DNA from: a virus
Length of the DNA stretch: 64,000 nucleotides
Virus record (IMG/VR): IMGVR_UViG_3300037420_000246
Span: 3,642 to 67,641 of that record
Reading direction: 5' to 3' (one strand)
Positions 1 through 8,200 of this stretch are shown here, in pieces (positions within the stretch are counted from its first letter, which is position 1; every line of letters starts with the position of its first letter). The notes under the pieces were generated by a model, which saw only the letters and a list, made by a program, of their open reading frames with translations, was not told where the DNA came from and did no database searches. A program made the translations under genes and the position numbers.

Positions 1-1
1 A

Positions 2-673
2 ACCTCGTGCAGTATTTGGCAAACATCTGGAAGTGCTGACAGCATATCCAGCGCAACAGGTGTAACACTCTCGATTACCTCAACTGAGGGTTCGGTAGTT
101 TGCTTGTCTGGTGTTACAGCCGAGGGAGTTGCAATTTGGCAAGTGGATGGAGCTTCTTACGGCACATCTGTTGCTAGCGGCACAGGTAGCAATGCACAGC
201 AAGATTCTATCGTGTCTGCTAGTGGCTCTTCTGCTGGAGCGTCTTCTGCAAATGCAACTGGTAATACCATTATTATTGCATCAGGCACCATTAGTGGATT
301 GTCTACAGCTAACGCGAACGGCGGAGCAGTTGTTTCGTCTTCTGGCAATACGACAGGTAATGGCGCAGTTACAGCAAGTGCAAACTCTGTAAGCACGACA
401 CAGGGTACATCAACAGGAACAAGCAACTCTCAACCTGTTACAATGATGATTGTGCAATCATCAGGGTTCTCTGCTGGCACTAGCGTAATAAGTACAATAA
501 CAGCAACAGTGGCAGCGGTAATGTGCAATGCCACAGGCACATCAACAGTGCATGGCACAACAGAAGGTGGTGTCCACTACACGGCGATTGGCGATAAATT
601 TAATATTGCGCTTGTGTTATCTCCGTACCAAATCACACTGTCTGGCAACCCATATAACATCTCCCTTAACTAA
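2..673 (+). CDS. Virion structural protein, Ser/Thr/Gly/Ala-rich repeats (5' end outside window)
   Basis: Frame is open from nt 2 with no upstream stop, so the gene starts before the window; low-complexity S/T/G/A repeats; directly followed by neck/tail genes. Confidence 0.5.
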   Translation, partial: TSCSIWQTSGSADSISSATGVTLSITSTEGSVVCLSGVTAEGVAIWQVDGASYGTSVASGTGSNAQQDSIVSASGSSAGASSANATGNTIIIASGTISGLSTANANGGAVVSSSGNTTGNGAVTASANSVSTTQGTSTGTSNSQPVTMMIVQSSGFSAGTSVISTITATVAAVMCNATGTSTVHGTTEGGVHYTAIGDKFNIALVLSPYQITLSGNPYNISLN

Positions 674-683
674 GGAATCATTT

Positions 684-1019
684 ATGCAAATAACTAGAAC
701 TAGGGGTGATACTTACGCAGACAGTTTCACCATCTCTAATGCAGCAACAGGTGATGTGGTGAATCTGGCGGGTTGCTCTTTCAAGTTGACACTTAACTCT
801 GTTCAGAACCCCGTAGATACTACAACACAAGTGTACCAACTTGACGGTGTTATTACAGACGCCGCAACAGGTGTTGTAGAGTTTGCCCCTACAGAGGCTC
901 AGGCAAATCAAATTGGATTTTTCTACTTTGATATTGAGATGACGGATGGACAAGGGTACAAACGCACACTTGTGAAAGACTCATACATCTACAAACAAGA
1001 CATCACTAAGAGTGCGTAA
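684..1019 (+). CDS. Small neck-module structural protein (hypothetical)
   Basis: ATG 684 with AAGGAA 8 nt upstream, right after previous stop; 111 aa; the track ORF 528..1019 is the same frame extended into upstream gene. Confidence 0.5.
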   Translation: MQITRTRGDTYADSFTISNAATGDVVNLAGCSFKLTLNSVQNPVDTTTQVYQLDGVITDAATGVVEFAPTEAQANQIGFFYFDIEMTDGQGYKRTLVKDSYIYKQDITKSA

Positions 1020-1072
1020 AATTTGACAAGAAGCCTTGTTGATGATATAATTCTGAATTAAAGGAGAAGGCA

Positions 1073-1516
1073 TTGGGAGTATTCTCAGACCATCTTAAGA
1101 AGAACATCGAACGTGTTCTGCAAGAAGTGAACTACAAGATTACTTGGGTTGCCTATCAATACTTTGTCCGTATTGTTCAGAATTCTCCCCATGTAGGTGA
1201 CGGTCCGTATGTAGCGGGCCATTTTGTTGCCAACTGGTTTCCTGCTGTGAACAGCTTCGACATGAGCATCATTGGAGCTACAAGCAACGGTTCAGATAGC
1301 ATAGCTAGGATTGAAAGCATTGTTAAGGAAAGCAATGCTTTCTTTCAGAAGGACGGGTTTGTTTCTTTGTCCAACAATCTTAATTATGCGTTCCGTGTCG
1401 AATACGCTGGCTGGCCTGCTGGTAAAGACCCAATCTCCGGTTGGACTTGGACTGGTATGCGCAGAGTGTATGCACCTGTGGCTAACTCGTTCACCTATCT
1501 GAAGACAATCATATGA
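1073..1516 (+). CDS. Putative head-tail joining/neck protein
   Basis: TTG start preceded by strong SD AAGGAGAAGG; 147 aa; position between capsid-proximal and tail genes. Confidence 0.5.
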   Translation: MGVFSDHLKKNIERVLQEVNYKITWVAYQYFVRIVQNSPHVGDGPYVAGHFVANWFPAVNSFDMSIIGATSNGSDSIARIESIVKESNAFFQKDGFVSLSNNLNYAFRVEYAGWPAGKDPISGWTWTGMRRVYAPVANSFTYLKTII

Positions 1517-1911
1517 ACATTCGGCAAGAAGCTGAAACGGCTGTAGCAACATTTGCAGCAGCACAAACGCCACCCATCCCTATCGCATACGAAGGCGTCC
1601 CTTTCGTTAAGCCTACCAATGGCCCCTATCTAGAAATCTTGTTCCTAGATAGCGCGTCAATGAATGCCACGGTGGATGCTTCTCGTATCAGGAAGTACGG
1701 CACCTTTCAAATCAATTGCTATACACTGGACGGCAAGGGCATGCGGGAGCTTGAAGCTCTCACAGAAAACATCATAGCACTGTTCCCTGTGAATGACAAG
1801 GAACGATACACAACTTTCTCAGTAGAATCTCCTCCGAATGCTAGTCCTCCTATGCAGGATGCAAAGTTCAGGATGGCTGCTGTGAGGGTGAAATATAGGC
1901 AAGAAATTTAA
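1513..1911 (+). CDS. Putative tail completion/tail terminator-like protein
   Basis: ATGA overlap with upstream gene; 132 aa; size and position typical for tail terminator upstream of major tail gene. Confidence 0.45.
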   Translation: MNIRQEAETAVATFAAAQTPPIPIAYEGVPFVKPTNGPYLEILFLDSASMNATVDASRIRKYGTFQINCYTLDGKGMRELEALTENIIALFPVNDKERYTTFSVESPPNASPPMQDAKFRMAAVRVKYRQEI

Positions 1912-1931
1912 CCAATTCTAAAGGAATTTAA

Positions 1932-2282
1932 ATGGCTGTTATTACGCAAACCAACAACGTCAGCACAGCTACTTCTGCTGTAGCCGTTACAACCACTGTG
2001 CTATCCGCTTCGGACACTCTTACTTATGTTGCTGGTTCGGGTCAAGTGCTAGAGCTTACGAATGATACCGCTGGCACTCTTACTGCGAATATTGACGGTA
2101 GTGGCTCTACCACTCTGTTTGTGCAGGGTCTTGGGCAGACTGTTGATGTCAGCGCTGGCTATAACGTTGCTCTGGCTGCTGGTCAGACTAAGCAAGTAAA
2201 ACTTGACAATATTTCTGCTTGGTTGCAGGGCGTTGTTACTGTCACCGGAGCTTCGGGCGTAAAAGCTCGGCTGTGGGTTTAA
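1932..2282 (+). CDS. Hypothetical structural protein
   Basis: 116 aa; RBS AAGGAA upstream; in structural operon. Confidence 0.5.
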   Translation: MAVITQTNNVSTATSAVAVTTTVLSASDTLTYVAGSGQVLELTNDTAGTLTANIDGSGSTTLFVQGLGQTVDVSAGYNVALAAGQTKQVKLDNISAWLQGVVTVTGASGVKARLWV

Positions 2283-2307
2283 TTTTTAAAATTTAAAAGG
2301 AAATAAA

Positions 2308-2760
2308 ATGGCTGGCTCTTCTGCTATTACTAGCGCAACTACAAAACTGTATATCTCGCCTAACCTCCCTTCTTCGTTTGACCAAGCTGGCTATACTGCT
2401 GTCTCAGGTTGGATTCTTATCGCTGAGGTCAGCAATATGGGTACGTTCGGTGCAAAAGCGGGCACCGTGAAGCACGTTCCGATTGACACCGCAGTAGTTG
2501 TCAAACGTGCAACAAGTGTCGATGCAGGCACACTCTCGGTCACTTTGGCTCGCCACGCTGGGGCAGATGTCACTGCACTGCAAACTGCTGCTAACAATCG
2601 GACCTCGCAGTCGTTTAAAGTGGTCTATCCCACCGCACTTGGGGTGTCGGACTACTTTACAGGCATCGTACTTGGTACACCCACCACAGTAGGAACTGCG
2701 GAGCAGATTCTGCAAATGAACGTTGACATCGAACTGGATTCGATTCCGGTTACGTTCTAA
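2308..2760 (+). CDS. Putative major tail tube protein
   Basis: 150 aa; strong SD (AAAGGAAATAAAATG); followed by strong hairpin terminator as typical for abundant MTP; precedes chaperone and tape measure genes. Confidence 0.5.
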   Translation: MAGSSAITSATTKLYISPNLPSSFDQAGYTAVSGWILIAEVSNMGTFGAKAGTVKHVPIDTAVVVKRATSVDAGTLSVTLARHAGADVTALQTAANNRTSQSFKVVYPTALGVSDYFTGIVLGTPTTVGTAEQILQMNVDIELDSIPVTF

Positions 2761-2764
2761 TAGG

Positions 2765-2786
2765 AGAGGGCTCACGCCCTCTTTAA
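2765..2786 (+). terminator. Rho-independent terminator-like hairpin
   Basis: AGAGGGC-TCAC-GCCCTCT 7-bp stem followed by TTTAAG directly after stop codon of putative major tail gene. Confidence 0.5.
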
Positions 2787-2930
2787 GTAACAAGAGTACC
2801 GCTGTGAAGCGCCTCTTAAGTTATTTTCCTCCACAAGATGACTTAATATAAGTTTTACACTGACACTTACGGGAGTGTAGGCCGGATACCTACCTCCCGC
2901 CTAAGTGTATCTAATAAAGGTACACAAGGG

Positions 2931-4301
2931 ATGCCAAAGAAATTAACACAAGAAGAATATCTAGCTAACTGCATTAACGCCCACGGCTCGACGTACAATT
3001 TAGAAAGAATTGTGTATCGCGGAACGATGTCGAAAGTTACTGTCGGTTGTCCAATCCATGATTGGTTTGAAGTGAAAGCCGGATCATTTATGAGAGGGAC
3101 TGGTTGCGCCAAGTGTGCTGCAGATAAGCGGGGTCTTAACAGACGACTCTCAGAGGGAGAATTCTTATCGCGGAGTGTCGCGCGGCATGGACAAGACTAC
3201 GGATACCAATTTGTAAACTACGTGAAGACGGATGTTAAGGTCAAGATTCTCTGCAATCGCTGCGAATGCACCTTCGAGATGACGCCAGAGTGTCATATGG
3301 CAGGACAAGGCTGTCGTGATTGTGGATACGAGAAGAATGGCTTGAATAAGCGCAGCAAGTTTGAAGAATTCGTCAAAGCCTCGCGTGAACATCACGGACA
3401 AAAGTTCAATTATGATGGTGTTGATTGGAGAGGAAATAAACAATCTATTGAGTTGTTTTGCCCTGTCCATCAAGAATATTTCACGACTACGCCAGCACTG
3501 CACGCGAAAGGAGCGGACTGCCCTAAATGCGCTAAACAACGAGGTGGTCTGAAGAACCGCAGTAATACCGAGAAGTTTGTCAAAGATGGAACTGAGAAGT
3601 TTGGAACACGATTTGACTACTCTGAAGTGGACTACATCAAAAGCAATCTTAAAGTGAAGATTCGTTGTGTTACGCATAATAAGTGGCTTTCTGTGACTCC
3701 GAATATGCATCTAGCAGGTTTTGGAGGTTGTGCGGATTGCGCTAAAGAAGCCACGAGTGAGCGTTGTAAGAAGTCAACGGAGCGTTTTGTCCTTGACGCC
3801 ACTAAGGAGCACGGTTCTCGGTATGGCTATGATCGTTCCATTTACAACGGTGCGTACAACAAAGTAGAAATTCATTGCAGAGAGCACGGCTATTTCTGGC
3901 AGAGCGCTGGCGCTCACATAGCAGGCCGAGGTTGCTCTAAATGTGGTAACAACGGGTATAAAGTAAACAAATCTGGGTATCTTTATGTTCTATACGATGG
4001 TGAATTAACTAAGGTTGGCATTACAAACAGGAACCCTGAAATCCGTTGCAAGTTTATTGCTAAGAAGTCTGAACGCCCATTCGAAGTTTTGAAGTTTTAC
4101 CACTTCGATGACGGCGGAGTTCCGTTGAGTCTTGAAACAAAACTGCTGAGTGAGTTGTGGCAAACATATAAGTCTCCAACAGAGAAATTTTCAGGATACA
4201 CCGAGTGCTTTTACCATGTTGACCAAGCCGCCCTACTAAACCGAATTGAATCACTAATCAAAGAGCAACATAGCTCTTACTCCGCTTCACCAGAAGCATA
4301 A
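2931..4301 (+). CDS. Homing-endonuclease-like protein: four zinc-ribbon repeats + C-terminal T5orf172/GIY-YIG-like domain
   Basis: Four ~60-aa repeats each ending G-x-G-C-x-[KD]-C-[AG]; C-terminal GYLYVLYDGELTKVGIT motif resembling GIY-YIG/T5orf172; inserted between tail tube and chaperone genes with its own flanking hairpins. Confidence 0.6.
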   Translation: MPKKLTQEEYLANCINAHGSTYNLERIVYRGTMSKVTVGCPIHDWFEVKAGSFMRGTGCAKCAADKRGLNRRLSEGEFLSRSVARHGQDYGYQFVNYVKTDVKVKILCNRCECTFEMTPECHMAGQGCRDCGYEKNGLNKRSKFEEFVKASREHHGQKFNYDGVDWRGNKQSIELFCPVHQEYFTTTPALHAKGADCPKCAKQRGGLKNRSNTEKFVKDGTEKFGTRFDYSEVDYIKSNLKVKIRCVTHNKWLSVTPNMHLAGFGGCADCAKEATSERCKKSTERFVLDATKEHGSRYGYDRSIYNGAYNKVEIHCREHGYFWQSAGAHIAGRGCSKCGNNGYKVNKSGYLYVLYDGELTKVGITNRNPEIRCKFIAKKSERPFEVLKFYHFDDGGVPLSLETKLLSELWQTYKSPTEKFSGYTECFYHVDQAALLNRIESLIKEQHSSYSASPEA

Positions 4302-4325
4302 CATAACTAAGAAGGAAACTCTACC

Positions 4326-4724
4326 ATGACTTTTGAACTGAACACTCTGGCGCTTGAAGACCAAGCTGCACTGCACCTCACCCATCCGGCAACTGATATG
4401 CCACTGTACGCTGACAAGGAAGAAACCAAGCCTGTACAAATTATCCTCAAGGGCCAAGCTTCGCAAACCTATGCACGCGCTGTGGACGCGATGATGAAAG
4501 CAGCAGCGAAGCGCGGCAAGCGTGAAGCCACTCCAGCAGAGGCGCGCGAACAAAGCGTAAACTTCCTTGTTGCTCTGTCGGTCACTGCTGAGAATCTTAC
4601 GCTTGACGGCGAGCCTGTAGATTCCCAAGAAGCTTTCCGTAAACTGTACTCGGACGAGCGTTTTGGTTGGATTAAAACGCAGGTTAATGAGTTCTTGGGA
4701 AAGACGGAGGCGTTCTTGAAATAA
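4326..4724 (+). CDS. Tail assembly chaperone (gpG-like)
   Basis: 132 aa acidic protein immediately upstream of tape measure; contains slippery heptamer GGGAAAG near 3' end. Confidence 0.7.
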   Translation: MTFELNTLALEDQAALHLTHPATDMPLYADKEETKPVQIILKGQASQTYARAVDAMMKAAAKRGKREATPAEAREQSVNFLVALSVTAENLTLDGEPVDSQEAFRKLYSDERFGWIKTQVNEFLGKTEAFLK

Positions 4725-5227
4725 TCGAAGAACAGCTTCTGCTATATGTCAGACAAATGGCGTGGCTTGGTGCTACGCCTGACAAGCAAAGCTGCTCTCG
4801 ACTAGAGGCCATTCAAAACAATGTGCCTCTTATTCAAGAACGAATAGATTCAGATTTACCTGAAGACAATATAAGCAGTACAACAATAGCTCCTTTAGAG
4901 GTAAATTTGCCCGAAATCCCCTCGGCTTATGCACACCTAAAGGAGCTATTCTTTTTATCAGGCCAAGGAACTAGCACTGGCATGGGCCTTGCTCCGCTAT
5001 CTTGGCAGGAGTTGCAAGCCTTCCGTACAGAGAACAAGCTAGAGCTAACTCTTTGGGAGCGGCAGACACTGAAGAAGATGTCAGAAGCATACTGTGCTGA
5101 AGCATCTCGTGCAACGGACCCGAAACGTCCTGCACCATACGCACCACAAAAAGAAGATGAAGAAGTAGACAAGATTGCATTGGCAATAAAGATGCGCGAT
5201 GCGTTGAATGCATTTAGAAAGGCTTAA
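4326..5227 (+). CDS. Tail assembly chaperone G-T fusion made by programmed -1 ribosomal frameshift
   Basis: Zero-frame G GGA AAG at 4697-4703 (identical to lambda G/GT slip site); -1 frame is open from 4691 (stop TGA 4688-4690) to 5227 and contains ORF 4757..5227; G stop at 4722-4724. Confidence 0.65.
4697..4703 (+). promoter_or_regulatory. Slippery heptamer GGGAAAG (-1 PRF site)
   Basis: X XXY YYZ in the gpG reading frame, 25 nt before G stop. Confidence 0.65.
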
Positions 5228-5229
5228 AT

Positions 5230-8200
5230 ATGGCACTAGAGGCAAGCTCACTACAAGTCGTGGTTTCCGGGTCGGGAATCGAGGCGACAACTAAACAACT
5301 TAACGACCTCGCAGCGGCTGGCGAGAAAGCCGAAAAGAGTACAACTAAGCTTGCTCAATCCTCTAAGGATAGTTCCAAAGCCCAAGTAGATGCTGCCCAA
5401 CAAGCTGCCTCTCAGTACAACGCCATCATTGATATGATGACGGAGAAATCCAACACATATTATGCCGACAAAGCTGCCAAAGCTGCTATTGCTGCTCAGC
5501 AGGAGCTTTACGATGGCATGGTAATGATGGATAAGTTGCGTGCCGGTGCTGAAGGTTATTACGCCGATCAGGCGGCCAAGCGAGAGAAAGACCATCAAGA
5601 TGTATTGGCGAAACAGCAAGCTCAGAAGAACGCTGCTGAGGCACGCTATGCTGCTGAACAAGAGCTTGCCAATCGCATGAATGCTGCCTTCGATAAGCGG
5701 CAAGCTCAGACTGAAGCTATGGCGATTAATGCCAAATTGGATGCTGACACAAAAGCTCTGAAAGCCGATGGAGATGCGTTCACAGCTATGCTTAAGACGC
5801 AAGCTGAAAAAGTTGGCTTGACTACTAAAGAACTCCGCGAATATAACGCAGAACAGCTTCGTACTAAAGCAGCACAGCTTGGACTTATGCAGGCAGGCAG
5901 TGAGTCCAAGGATAAAATTGACGGTTATATCAACACCATCAAGAATGCAAAAGGCCCGCACGAGTCCTTTAACCTCCTCACCGCAGGCTCTGCACGCGAA
6001 CTGATGGTGTTGACTCACGAGCTTAGCCAAGGGCAGTTTCAGCGCTTTGGTGGCTCTCTTATCGTGTTGGCAGAACGTATTAACTTCTTGCCTAGCGTGC
6101 TTGAAAAAGCTGGTGCTTTTGCAGCAAGCCTTGGAGTGAGTTTGGGAGTGCTTGTTGCTGCTGTGGCTGCTGTTGTTGCAGTGGTGGGTACAGCAATATG
6201 GACATTCACTAAGAGTGGTACCGCACTGAAAGAAATGCGCAATGAAGTGATTTTGACAGGTCACTCAATCGGTGTTACAGGCGATCAACTGTATGACATG
6301 GCTAACAAGATTGGCGAGGCTACAGGCAAGTTTGGTGCTGCTCGTGAAGCTGTTATCCAACTGGCATCCACTGGCAAATTCACTGCTGACCAAATCAAGT
6401 TGATTACTGAAGCTGCTGTAGGTCTTGAAAAGTATGGTGGTGTTGCAATTGACAACACAATCAAGCAATTCGAAAAGCTTGCTGCTGAGCCGATTAAAGG
6501 CGCTCAGCGTGGATTCAAAGGTGTGTCTGAAGCAGCAATGGAGCTTGATAAGCAGCTTCATTTCCTCACTCCACAAATGCTGGATGAAATTATCCATTTG
6601 GAGCGTATTGGAGATGCAGCAGGGGCATCCAAGAAAGCAATTGGTAGTTTGGCCGAAGAAGAGAAAAAGCGTGTTCAGGAGCTTAAGAACAACCTTACTC
6701 CTATTGGCGTCCTGTTTGACACCATTGCCGAGAAGGCTTCTAAGATGTGGAATAACGTATTCCATAAGAAGTCGCTGACAGAGCAACTGGAAGATGCCAA
6801 GGACAATCTCGCTCAGATTCAAGGTGTGAATGGTGTACATCCTGAACAAACCCACCAAGCCAATGCTATTGCAGAAGTGGCTAGGCTTGAAAAGAAAATC
6901 AGGGATCAAGCTGAGAAAGAAAAGCAAGAGCAGCACAACAAAGAGGTTGCTCGCACAGCAGAATTGGCGCTTATCCATCGCCGTACTCTGCTTGATATGG
7001 GCAAGGATGAGGATACTCTAACAGCACAAACTGCGCGCGATGCAGCAGACCGTGCAGCGATTAAGGCAGCAGGGCTTAAGTCTGAACTATTCTCTGCTGA
7101 AGCAGATGCCGAAGCAATGGCAATCATTGAGAAGAAATACAAGCAGAAAGTTACACCAACTCCCGGCCTTGGTATGTCCAAGGTGAATTCGCGTATCGCT
7201 GAATTGCAAATGGAGTTTGAGAAGGCTTCTTATTTCGCAGATAAGGAAATGAAGCTGGAGCAAGACAAGGCTAAGCATCATGAAGTGTCTGCCCTCAAAC
7301 TTTATAACGATCAGCAGAAGTATTTCAATGATCGACAGAAACTGATTGATGATACAGAGGCAAAAGAGATTGCTGCCACTAACCTATATGACCACGGTGC
7401 GAAGAACAAGGACAAGCTGGCAGAAGAGGCTGCAACCAAACGTTTTGAAATTGAGAAGCGCTACGACATGCTGCGAGGAAAACTTGCTGCTGATCGAGAC
7501 GCCGCCGACACTGCATTGGAACGTGCAAACAAAACTGCCGAAGACAACCGGGAAGAAATGTATGTCAAAGGCACTCAAACTATCAATGCTGAGACAAAAG
7601 CCCTTCAAGACAAGATCGCTGGCTACAATCTGATCCCTGAAGCCATCCGTAAGGCTGGCATCAGTGAGAAACAGATGCAGGACTATTTCACTCAGGCTGA
7701 GATTGACAACATCCAAGAGCGCATTGATGCTCTGAAGCAGTTCGATGGGGTTGACGGCACAATGATGGCGGCTGAAATCGCTCGTCTGAATGCTCGGAAG
7801 AATGCTTTGGATGACAAGCGCAAGGCTCAGAAGGCTTGGGAGGATGTGCAGGCTGGGAATGCTGCCGCCCTTAACACCCCAGCAGCAATGAAAGCCAACG
7901 CTGCTGAACAAGTGAAACTGTGGAAAGACGCTGGCAACGAGATTCAGAAAGCGCTTACACAAGCTTTTGGTGAATCTGGTAAAGCTGCTGGTGAAATGTT
8001 TAAAGCATTCTCGGAAGGCCAAGCTAATCAAATCGATTTGACACAGAAAGTTGCTGAAGCTAACAGGCGCACCGACCTCTCAAAAATTGAGCAAACACAG
8101 CTTATCACAGCCCTGCAAAATCAGCAAGAGCAGAATCAGTTGAACATGTATGGCAACATGGCGAATGCTGCATCACAGTTTTTTGACCATCAGTCTAAGG

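Noticed and set aside
111-426. ORFs 111..392 (+) and 157..426 (-) overlapping the first structural gene
   Set aside because: They lie inside the long S/T/G-rich frame that is open from the window edge, have no RBS, and are artefacts of low-complexity coding sequence.
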